64,000 nt of DNA from Patescibacteria group bacterium (GTDB taxonomy: Bacteria > Patescibacteriota > Microgenomatia > UBA8517): contig JBBRBD010000001.1 of NCBI GenBank assembly GCA_038206135.1, positions 1,919 to 65,918 on the forward strand. Direction: 5' to 3'. Position numbers and translations under genes: made by a program. Every line of letters starts with the position of its first letter. The first letter of the stretch is position 1. Of the stretch, positions 56,245 to 64,000 are shown in pieces. The notes below the pieces were generated by a model, which saw only the letters and a list, made by a program, of their open reading frames with translations, was not told the DNA's origin and ran no database searches.

Positions 56245-58090
56245 TAGGAAAAAACGTTTGGCATTTACATGTTTTTGTTTGATTGTCGTTTTGTCGTTTT
56301 TAAGTTGTTACAAATCCTTTAGATACGGCTTTTGGAGAGATGACTGGGTACTTATATGGCAAGCGTTGTATGATAGGGCTAATTTTCTAAAGTGGATATT
56401 GGGAATTAGACATCCCGGTGAAATATTCAACACATATGCCTTGGCCCCAATCTTTGGTCAACAGGTACTACTTTGGCAATATTTCGGTTTTATATTGAAA
56501 GTACTTGTTAGTTTAGTAAGCAGCTTTGTCCTTTATTCTTTAATAGGTTCAAAAAAAGGTGCATTCATTTCATCATTACTAATTGCTTCAAGCTTTATCG
56601 GATTGGAAGGGTATAACTGGATTAGCGCAAGATTAAACGTATATGTCCTTCTAGTTTGTCTCATTGCAACTTTGTTTTATATTGAGAGTAAAAAAATGTC
56701 TTCAATTAAATATTATATCTATAGTTTGATTTTTCTAATATTTGGTATGTTCATGGAGCCGGGAAGGGTTATATTTCTACCATTCGTTCTAATATCTTGG
56801 GAAATAACTGTTGGACGGATAGAAAATAGCATATTTAAATTTATAAATTTGATTAGAATGGTTTTTATTATTATAGCTACACTTGCTGGAGCCTTAACTA
56901 CAAGCTATGGAAGAACATTACTTTATGGTGGTACGTCTGGCTATATTCAAAATCTTCAGAAGGATAATAGTGCTTTCTTGCGTTTTTTCTACTCGCTTTC
57001 AAATTTAATTCTTATATATATAAAAGGGATACGTGAATCTGCGGGATTGTCAACTGGGTTTAATCGTTTTGATGCATATATCGGTCTATTATTAGTTGTA
57101 TTATTGATATTAAGCGGTTTATTCATGTTTGTTAAAAAAGAAAAGAATTTACCGGTTTTTGTGGTATCTAGCCTGTGGTTACTTTTATTCTTTGCACCTG
57201 GATGGATATCAGACATGTCAGTTTCTTTAAGTGAAAGCTCTCGATTCTTTACAATTAGTTCAGTTGGATTTACATGGATTTTAACTCTGATTGTATTAAA
57301 ATTTTCACCAAAAATTTGTATTGTAGTTACAATACTACTTATATTTACGAATCTTTTGTTTTCAAACAAAATACAATCTTCAAATTACAACATCAGAAGC
57401 TTTGAAATTGCGAATAATTTTTACAGAACGCAACAAAAGTATGTGTCTGGTTTAGGTACACCTCTGATTTTTATAGTCACTGGTGATAACATTCTAAAAG
57501 GTTATATTTTTGATTGGGGAACTGACGGTTCTGTACAATTTTCCTATGCTAGAAGTATTAAGCAAATTGAGAAAATTCCTATATATGGTATAGATTATAA
57601 ATTGGCTGCCAAATTGATTTGCGAGAAGAATGTAAATAGACCATTTATAAATGAATGGGGGTTACAAACTGATAAAGTTACGATAGATGAAGTGTATGGT
57701 TGGAATTTAAACAAAGATGGCAACTTAGATCAAACTATAGATAAAACAAGAATCAAGGTTGCACATGAAGGCGATTGTTTATTTCGAAATATTGACAAGA
57801 CTTTTAATAATCGACAATTGATAATCAAATCATACTTTCTTCTTAAGCATCCATATAATGACGTAGTCAATTCGGTTAGTAGTTTTAAGGTAATAAATAT
57901 TGTCAAGAATGCATTCGAAGTAAATGTTTTACTCTACGAAAAAGGAAAATTAATCACAAAATATATGCAAAAAGTAGATCAGATATCAAGTGTCGGTGAA
58001 TATTATATTTACATTCGGCACCCTGTAATTAATATTCCAGATAAAGCAGTTTTTATTTACGAAAATCAGAGTAAAGTAATAAGTATATGA
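56222..58090 (+). CDS. polytopic membrane protein, unclassified (paralog of the 54724 product, with C-terminal soluble domain)
   Basis: First loop FWRDDWVLIWQALYD, about 11 TM, then a ~220-aa soluble C-terminal domain. Confidence 0.5.
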   Translation: MKLLDYINRKKRLAFTCFCLIVVLSFLSCYKSFRYGFWRDDWVLIWQALYDRANFLKWILGIRHPGEIFNTYALAPIFGQQVLLWQYFGFILKVLVSLVSSFVLYSLIGSKKGAFISSLLIASSFIGLEGYNWISARLNVYVLLVCLIATLFYIESKKMSSIKYYIYSLIFLIFGMFMEPGRVIFLPFVLISWEITVGRIENSIFKFINLIRMVFIIIATLAGALTTSYGRTLLYGGTSGYIQNLQKDNSAFLRFFYSLSNLILIYIKGIRESAGLSTGFNRFDAYIGLLLVVLLILSGLFMFVKKEKNLPVFVVSSLWLLLFFAPGWISDMSVSLSESSRFFTISSVGFTWILTLIVLKFSPKICIVVTILLIFTNLLFSNKIQSSNYNIRSFEIANNFYRTQQKYVSGLGTPLIFIVTGDNILKGYIFDWGTDGSVQFSYARSIKQIEKIPIYGIDYKLAAKLICEKNVNRPFINEWGLQTDKVTIDEVYGWNLNKDGNLDQTIDKTRIKVAHEGDCLFRNIDKTFNNRQLIIKSYFLLKHPYNDVVNSVSSFKVINIVKNAFEVNVLLYEKGKLITKYMQKVDQISSVGEYYIYIRHPVINIPDKAVFIYENQSKVISI

Positions 58091-59286
58091 AAGAACACAA
58101 ACTAACAATTCATATCTTTTCATTGGCAGTAGAAGGTGTAGGTATTTCAGGAGGAGATAAAATTTTTATTGAATTTGCAAGAAACTGGAAAAATACTGAA
58201 AACGTGATTATACATACGTGGGATGCAGGTGTTCAAATGATGGATAAACAGGGATTATCTGAAGGTAAATCATTAAATATAATAAATTATAATGCCACTC
58301 GCATTTCGAAATTCGGAAAAATACCTTTTTACATTTTTCGAATAATACTTGGCGCGTTTAAAGCATGTTTATTGCGTACCGAAAACAGCAAATATACCGT
58401 TTTTTATAGCTCATCTGAATTTCTGATCGATGTTGTGCCCACCTTAATTTTAAAATTTCGATACCCTAAATCTATTTGGGTTGCATCTTGGTATCAAACA
58501 GCCCCAAACCCATTGGTAGGATTCGGCGATTCTTCTAGAGATCAAAAACATAGATTCAAAGCGTTATTATATTGGCTATCTCAAATACCAACTCGACCTC
58601 TGATTTCTTTATTTTCTAATTTTGTTTTGGTTAACAATAACGATGAAATGAATGAATTTCCTAAGCACAACAAACTAAAAAAAGTTGGTGTTGTATTAGG
58701 TGCAGTAGATATAAGTAAAATTGAAATTTGGAAAAACAAACTAACCTCACAAGCAAAATATAAAGCGGTTTTCCAAGGTCGGTTCCATCCTCAAAAAGGT
58801 GTATCAGAACTAATTGATATTTGGAAGCTAGTAGTTAATCAAATCCCTTCTGCAAAATTAGTAATGATAGGAGATGGTCCTGAGATGCAAACAGTTATTA
58901 AAAAAATAGAAAAATATCATCTAGAGAAAAATATCGAATTAAAAGGATACTTATTCGATGGTGAGGAAAAATATCAGATTTTTGTAAATTCAGAAATAGT
59001 TGTACATCCCTCATATTTTGATTCAGGTGGAATGGCTTCTGCTGAAGCGGCGGCGTTTGGATTGCCAATAGTTGGTTTTAATCTACCTGCTTATAAATAC
59101 TATTATCCCAAGGGTATGTTGAAGGTTCCTATTGGGAATAAAACAGCTTTTGCTAAAGCTGTGATATATTTACTAGTAAACTCAAAAGAAAGAAGAAAAA
59201 TCGGGAAAGAAGCAATGTTAAGTATTCACAAAAATTTTGATTGGAAGGTAAGAGCAAAGGAAACATTGAATTTAATAAAAAGATAA
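58087..59286 (+). CDS. GT4-like glycosyltransferase (GT-B fold)
   Basis: C-terminal GRFHPQKGV...VMIGDGPE...VHPSYFDSGGMASAEAAAFGLPIVGFN is typical of GT4. ATGA overlap with the upstream gene. Confidence 0.65.
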   Translation: MKEHKLTIHIFSLAVEGVGISGGDKIFIEFARNWKNTENVIIHTWDAGVQMMDKQGLSEGKSLNIINYNATRISKFGKIPFYIFRIILGAFKACLLRTENSKYTVFYSSSEFLIDVVPTLILKFRYPKSIWVASWYQTAPNPLVGFGDSSRDQKHRFKALLYWLSQIPTRPLISLFSNFVLVNNNDEMNEFPKHNKLKKVGVVLGAVDISKIEIWKNKLTSQAKYKAVFQGRFHPQKGVSELIDIWKLVVNQIPSAKLVMIGDGPEMQTVIKKIEKYHLEKNIELKGYLFDGEEKYQIFVNSEIVVHPSYFDSGGMASAEAAAFGLPIVGFNLPAYKYYYPKGMLKVPIGNKTAFAKAVIYLLVNSKERRKIGKEAMLSIHKNFDWKVRAKETLNLIKR

Positions 59287-60035
59287 TGAATAACAAACAA
59301 ATAATTGTAGAAAAAAAATTAGGTATTCCAGCAGATTATCAATATAAAGCAATTCGTAGTAAAAACTTTTTACAAAGAAATTGGCATAAAAATAAATTGA
59401 TAGTTGTAAATGAATTGCTAAACTTCAGTAAAGAAAGTTCTGTGCTTGATTTAGGGCCAGGTTCAGGGAATTTTGAACTTCAGTACTGTAAAAAGGTCTC
59501 TAATATAGTTGCCATTGATTATAACAACGAAGCGATCAATTTCTTGTATAAGAAAATAAAACAACGAAAAATCAAAAATATAACACTAAAAGTACTAGAT
59601 GTTCGAAATTTATCTCGATATAAAACTACACAAAAGTTTGATTTTATTGTAATGATAGATGTTATTGAGCATATTAAGATAAATGAAGCAGAGCAAGTTG
59701 TGAAAGAAATGAATAGGCTTCTAAAAAAAGGAGGAAGAGCCTGCATTATAACTCCAAACTACAAAAGTTTTTGGGTGTATATTGAAAGAATTCTAGATCT
59801 ACTTACCATTGTTCCAAAATTTGATAATCAGCAACACCTGGCTAAGTTTCACAAACAAAATCTAATTCAAATGTTTGAGAAAAGAGGTTTTAAAACAAAC
59901 TATATAGGATCCTTTAATTTATTTGCTTTCTTTTTCCCAAAATCAAATTTGAGTCAAACAATTACTAAATTTGAATTAAATTCAATTGGAACAATCGGTA
60001 ATCTACTAGTCGGTGTATTTGAGAAGAAAAAGTAA
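59286..60035 (+). CDS. class I SAM-dependent methyltransferase
   Basis: VLDLGPGSGNF, AIDYNNEAI, MIDVIEHI, LKKGGRACIITPN. ATG 59286 overlaps the upstream TAA. Confidence 0.75.
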   Translation: MNNKQIIVEKKLGIPADYQYKAIRSKNFLQRNWHKNKLIVVNELLNFSKESSVLDLGPGSGNFELQYCKKVSNIVAIDYNNEAINFLYKKIKQRKIKNITLKVLDVRNLSRYKTTQKFDFIVMIDVIEHIKINEAEQVVKEMNRLLKKGGRACIITPNYKSFWVYIERILDLLTIVPKFDNQQHLAKFHKQNLIQMFEKRGFKTNYIGSFNLFAFFFPKSNLSQTITKFELNSIGTIGNLLVGVFEKKK

Positions 60036-60053
60036 GTAAATCATGTTTTTTAT

Positions 60054-60926
60054 ATGAAATCAAAACTAATAAAAGTGGTTGCAGTAGTTCCTACGTTTCA
60101 GAGTTATGTAACTTTGATAGCATGTGTAAATTCACTCCTCGAACAAAACTTCAAATTGAGTGAGATCGTTATCGTAGATAATAATACTAAATCTAAAAAA
60201 CTTAAATTTAAATCAAATATTGTGAAAGTTGTAACACCAGGAAAAAATTTAGGTGTTTCAGGCGGTAGAAATAAAGGACTAGATTCAATTTCTGGAAAGT
60301 ACGAATATGTCCTCTTTTTTGACCACGATATGGTGGCAGACGTGAATATGGTTAAGTGTCTTCTAGAAACGGCCAAACGTATTACAAAAGCGGGAATTAT
60401 AACACCAAAGATTTATTATTGGGAGCAGAAAAAAATCATTTGGGCAGCAGGAACTGAAATAGACACATTAAGTGGACAAGTTTTGTTTCGAGGCGGAAAT
60501 GATACTGGCCAATATGACGAGGAACAGGAGGTTCAAGTTGCACCCGCAGCTATATTTGTAAAAAAGATCGTAATTAACAAAATAAAATGTTTTGATGAGC
60601 GTTATTTTGCTACATATGAAGATACTGATTTCTGTTTTAGAGCAAAAAGCGTTGGTTATTCGACCATGTACGCACCTGATGCAATTGCCTATCATAAAAT
60701 TCCATATGATGAAAAAAAATCAAATTTAAAGCTACTTTCGAGAAGTTATTATGTTGCAAAAAATAGAATTATTTTTATGAAGAAATATGGACAAAATTTT
60801 CTACTTTTCTGCTTATTTTTCATTCCTGTCTATGCCTGTTATTATCTAATATTGTCCCTTAAATATAATAGACTTAGTGAATACAAGAATTATCTAAAAG
60901 GAACTATAGCGGGATTAACTAATTAA
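60054..60926 (+). CDS. GT2 glycosyltransferase
   Basis: VAVVPTFQSY, IVIVDNNTKS, FFDHDM, YEDTDFCFR. Confidence 0.8.
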   Translation: MKSKLIKVVAVVPTFQSYVTLIACVNSLLEQNFKLSEIVIVDNNTKSKKLKFKSNIVKVVTPGKNLGVSGGRNKGLDSISGKYEYVLFFDHDMVADVNMVKCLLETAKRITKAGIITPKIYYWEQKKIIWAAGTEIDTLSGQVLFRGGNDTGQYDEEQEVQVAPAAIFVKKIVINKIKCFDERYFATYEDTDFCFRAKSVGYSTMYAPDAIAYHKIPYDEKKSNLKLLSRSYYVAKNRIIFMKKYGQNFLLFCLFFIPVYACYYLILSLKYNRLSEYKNYLKGTIAGLTN

Positions 60927-60927
60927 G

Positions 60928-61569
60928 ATGTTATTTCCTTTTTCTTATCATTGGATCCTTTTGAAATCAATCTCAAATGCAGATAGTATATTGGATATTG
61001 GATGTGGTGAAGGATCATTAATGAAAGATTTAATTCAATACAGACCTTTATGGAAGGTAACGGGGATAGAGCTATATGAGGATTCTTTAAAAAACGCTCG
61101 TGAGAAAAACATATATACAAAAGTATTAAAAGGAAATGTTGTACATATTGAAAATAGATTTAAGAGTAAATCTGTAGACGTTGTGTTTAGTTCACAAGTA
61201 GTAGAACATCTAAAGAAGGATGAAGCGATTAAAGCTTTAAAAGAGTGGGAACATTTTGCAAAAAAAAGAATAGTCATCACGACAATAGTGGGTTTCTTTG
61301 AATATAATCCAATAGAAAAAGAAAAAGATAAGAACCCTCTTCAAGCTCACAAAAGTGCCTGGTCAATAGAAGAGTTTAAGCAAATGGGATACAAGGTTCA
61401 TGGTCAAGGATTGAAATATATATATGGAGAAAAAGGCATTGCACACAAATACCCATTTTTTCTGCATTGGTTTACTTATATTGCGTTCTGTTTTGCACCT
61501 ATCTGTTATTTTTTTCCTTCACTATCAACATATATGATTGCAGTTAAAGAGATTAAAAATGAATATTGA
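60928..61569 (+). CDS. class I SAM-dependent methyltransferase
   Basis: ILDIGCGEGSL, GIELYEDSL, SSQVVEHL. Confidence 0.75.
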   Translation: MLFPFSYHWILLKSISNADSILDIGCGEGSLMKDLIQYRPLWKVTGIELYEDSLKNAREKNIYTKVLKGNVVHIENRFKSKSVDVVFSSQVVEHLKKDEAIKALKEWEHFAKKRIVITTIVGFFEYNPIEKEKDKNPLQAHKSAWSIEEFKQMGYKVHGQGLKYIYGEKGIAHKYPFFLHWFTYIAFCFAPICYFFPSLSTYMIAVKEIKNEY

Positions 61570-62215
61570 AACTATTCTCAAATATGTGCCATTTTCGATT
61601 ATTTGGGTACATCGTAAGGCAATCGGCGAACCAAACACACTGCTCGATCTTGGAAGCGGTGATGGTACATTCACAAAGTCAATAAAGCTTGATTCTGATT
61701 GGATTATAACAGCAGCTGACATATACCCCAAGATTGTTAAAGATGCACTGAGAAATGACTTATACAAAAAAGTAATAAATGGAGATGTAAATACTATTGT
61801 CAACGATTTAATTAAGAAAAAGCAGAAGTATAATGTTGTTTTACTGTCTCAAGTTATTGAACATTTGAATAAAAATGAAGGCAAAAAATTATTAAAAGCT
61901 GTTGAAAAAATTGCAACCAACCGTATTGTAGTTGGTACACCGCGTGGATATCTGTCACAGGAAGATGTGTTTGTAGATGAAAATCCATTTCAAAAACACA
62001 AATCTGGTTGGACAACTGAGGAGTTTCAAGAAATGGGATATGTGGTAAGAGGTGTTGGTTTAAATATAGTATGGAAAGAAAAAGGGCCAGGGAGATCAGG
62101 TAATATGTTAAAAGTTTTAATCTTTAGACTATTTTCGTTGCTTTGTTCACCGATGGTATATTATCACCCAGAATATGCCTCTGGCCTTGTTTGTTATAAA
62201 GAAATGCATGATTGA
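61559..62215 (+). CDS. class I SAM-dependent methyltransferase (paralog of the 60928 product)
   Basis: LLDLGSGDGTF, LSQVIEHL, and QKHKSGWTTEEFQEMGY parallel to QAHKSAWSIEEFKQMGY in the upstream paralog. Confidence 0.75.
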   Translation: MNIETILKYVPFSIIWVHRKAIGEPNTLLDLGSGDGTFTKSIKLDSDWIITAADIYPKIVKDALRNDLYKKVINGDVNTIVNDLIKKKQKYNVVLLSQVIEHLNKNEGKKLLKAVEKIATNRIVVGTPRGYLSQEDVFVDENPFQKHKSGWTTEEFQEMGYVVRGVGLNIVWKEKGPGRSGNMLKVLIFRLFSLLCSPMVYYHPEYASGLVCYKEMHD

Positions 62216-63233
62216 ACATCCATTTGCGTCTATTGTAATTGCAAACTATAACGGGGAAAAACACCTAGAACGATGTTTGAAAAGCGTTTTAAAACAGAAT
62301 TATAAAAATTTCGATTTAATAATTGTAGACGATGGTTCCACAGATAATAGTCAAAAAATTATTAGGAAATATTTACAGAGTGATAAAAGAATTAAACTTA
62401 TTAGTAACAAGTCTAACCTTGGCGCTGCAGCATCGAGAAACAATGCAATAAAGATCTCAAATTCAGAAATACTCGTTTTCCTTGATAACGATACTGCGGT
62501 CGAAAAAAATTGGCTTAAAGAATTAATAATAGTTTTAACATCAAATTCAAACATTGGTGCAACTCAATCTTTGATTCTAGATATGGAAAAAGGTGATTTG
62601 ATTCAAATGGCAGGAGGGAAGTTAATTGCTCAAACGGCCTGGCTTATTCCTAGATTACAGTGGAAGAGTTATCGACGTTTCAAAAATTCTCTAAAGAATA
62701 CGCAGATAATCGCAATTTCAGCTTCACTTGCTGTAAAGTCTAGCGTTTTTAAACATATAGGTTTTTTTGATGAAAAGGAAGCTGTAACGACCGAAGATAT
62801 TGATTTAAGTTGGCGAGTATGGATTGCAGGTTACAAAATATTGCTAGCTCCTAAATCCATTGTTTATCACGAGACAAAATCAGTTGAAGCCAGAAAATAT
62901 ATGAATGTTAATTATCAAAAGGTTTATTTTCACTTAGCAAAGAACTCTTTTCGTTCAATTTTGAAAAATTATGAGGCGATAAATTCGTTTAGATATTTGT
63001 TTATGAGTATATTCATAAACATCACTCGAGCATGTATTGTTATCCCGAAAGTAGGTTTTTCTGCAATGAATGGTACTATTGCAGCTATTTTGTGGAATAT
63101 TTTTAATATAAGAGACACTCTTTTAGAGAGAAAAAAGGTTCAGCTCATAAGGCATACCACTGATCATGAATTATTGACAGCAGTTTTTGATGGCAGAAGT
63201 ATATGGCAGATTTATTTGCAATATTTTCGTTAA
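62208..63233 (+). CDS. GT2 glycosyltransferase
   Basis: ASIVIANYNGEKHL, LIIVDDGSTDNS, FLDNDT, TEDIDLSWR. ATG 62208 placed just upstream of the previous gene's stop. Confidence 0.8.
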   Translation: MIEHPFASIVIANYNGEKHLERCLKSVLKQNYKNFDLIIVDDGSTDNSQKIIRKYLQSDKRIKLISNKSNLGAAASRNNAIKISNSEILVFLDNDTAVEKNWLKELIIVLTSNSNIGATQSLILDMEKGDLIQMAGGKLIAQTAWLIPRLQWKSYRRFKNSLKNTQIIAISASLAVKSSVFKHIGFFDEKEAVTTEDIDLSWRVWIAGYKILLAPKSIVYHETKSVEARKYMNVNYQKVYFHLAKNSFRSILKNYEAINSFRYLFMSIFINITRACIVIPKVGFSAMNGTIAAILWNIFNIRDTLLERKKVQLIRHTTDHELLTAVFDGRSIWQIYLQYFR

Positions 63234-63235
63234 AA

Positions 63236-64000
63236 ATGAAAAAATTAATATTTTTTACTTCAATTCTACTTGTCGTTATATGGTTTAGATCAGGAAATCT
63301 AATGGGGACAGGAGAGTCAGGATTACCGTTTTATAATATTAGTCTCGAGGCAAATATAACTCGACACTCGTGGACAGATGTCTTTCTGGGTTTTCCTACA
63401 ACTGCTAGTGTTGGCACCTATCCTTTATATAAGGTCTTCACCGTAATAGAGCAAACGTTTAGCTTGAAAGGTTACCAAACAGAAGCATTATTTATATTTA
63501 TTGTTTTGATTATTTCCGGATTTTCTATCGATTTATTAGTTTGTTATATTTTTCCAAATACAAAGTTAATAAATAGATACACAGGTGTATTGTTTTATTG
63601 GTTTAATCCGTTTGCGGCCGTAAATATATGGAATCGATTTCTTTATAATTACATGCTTTTTTATGCAATCTTGCCGCTTCTTTTGTATGTCTATTACAAA
63701 GGAATTAATGAACGCAGAATAGAGTACGCATTTGGAATAGGAATATTAGTATTTATATTTTCCTATGCAATTATAAATGTGCCGTTTATTTTACTGATGT
63801 TGGGCTTGTTCTTATTAACCACTATTTACTTTTCGAACAAAAGAACAATCCTTTTTAATATTAAATTTTATGCAATTGCTGTTACCTCGATTATTGCAAT
63901 AAATTTCTGGTGGATTGCTCAACTTTTTATTTATACGCATTCGAGTGATTTTAAGGTTTCTGTAAGTTCTTTTTTTACAATCGAGGGAAATGTATCTAAT
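63236..64000 (+). CDS. 3'-truncated large membrane protein, DUF3367/AftD-like (paralog of 52733..54739)
   Basis: ATG 63236 overlaps the upstream TAA. LMGTGESGLPFYN and NIWNRFLYNYMLFYAILPLL align with LIATGEEGLMFYN and QIFNRFLTPSMFAWSFLPWF of the 52733 protein. Open to the window end. Confidence 0.5.
   Translation, partial: MKKLIFFTSILLVVIWFRSGNLMGTGESGLPFYNISLEANITRHSWTDVFLGFPTTASVGTYPLYKVFTVIEQTFSLKGYQTEALFIFIVLIISGFSIDLLVCYIFPNTKLINRYTGVLFYWFNPFAAVNIWNRFLYNYMLFYAILPLLLYVYYKGINERRIEYAFGIGILVFIFSYAIINVPFILLMLGLFLLTTIYFSNKRTILFNIKFYAIAVTSIIAINFWWIAQLFIYTHSSDFKVSVSSFFTIEGNVSN

Noticed and set aside
1-64000. CRISPR arrays, tRNA/rRNA genes, integrases or transposases, toxin-antitoxin or restriction-modification pairs
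   Set aside because: No direct-repeat/spacer periodicity was seen. The few real intergenic gaps lack tRNA-like or rRNA-like conserved stretches. No recombinase or nuclease motifs were recognised apart from the DEDDy exonuclease, and no methyltransferase/endonuclease pairing typical of R-M systems was found. The SAM methyltransferases have small-molecule/sugar-type motifs and no DNA-methylase motifs such as DPPY or PCQ.

Overview
AT-rich window (roughly one-third GC by eye), densely coding. Genes lie almost entirely on the + strand from about 5.9 kb to the window end. No rRNA, tRNA, CRISPR array, transposase or integrase was recognised. The first 5.9 kb holds a 5'-truncated GT2-GtrA-like fusion, a Cys-rich secreted protein with a Pro/Thr/Ser linker, a DEDDy 3'-5' exonuclease, a small basic minus-strand ORF missing from the ORF track, a hypothetical protein and a minus-strand PIG-V/Gpi18-like membrane protein. 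From about 5,940 to 64,000 there is one co-directional glycosylation locus of at least 50 genes. It contains nine PMT/ArnT-like GT-C membrane glycosyltransferases with a DE/DQ loop motif, five of them in a near-tandem paralog array at 27.2-38.6 kb. It also contains further GT-C-like families: two YfhO-like paralogs, three PIG-V/Gpi18-like proteins and two DUF3367/AftD-like giants with two paralogs between them. The soluble enzymes are at least 14 GT2 (four look like polyprenol-phosphate sugar synthases, three sitting beside a GT-C gene), five GT4, five class I SAM methyltransferases, an SDR oxidoreductase and a WecB-type UDP-GlcNAc 2-epimerase. Export functions are three Wzx-like flippases and a fused ABC exporter. 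A DHH/DHHA1 NrnA-like phosphoesterase is translationally coupled inside the GT-C array. At least 18 gene junctions are ATGA overlaps, with further slightly larger overlaps, suggesting very long polycistronic units. Gene content, AT-richness and the PMT-like expansion suggest a candidate-phyla-radiation (Patescibacteria/Microgenomates-like) bacterium, by inference only. The most interesting reading is a large, diversified lipid-linked glycan and protein O-glycosylation system, with the adjacent secreted protein as a candidate substrate.
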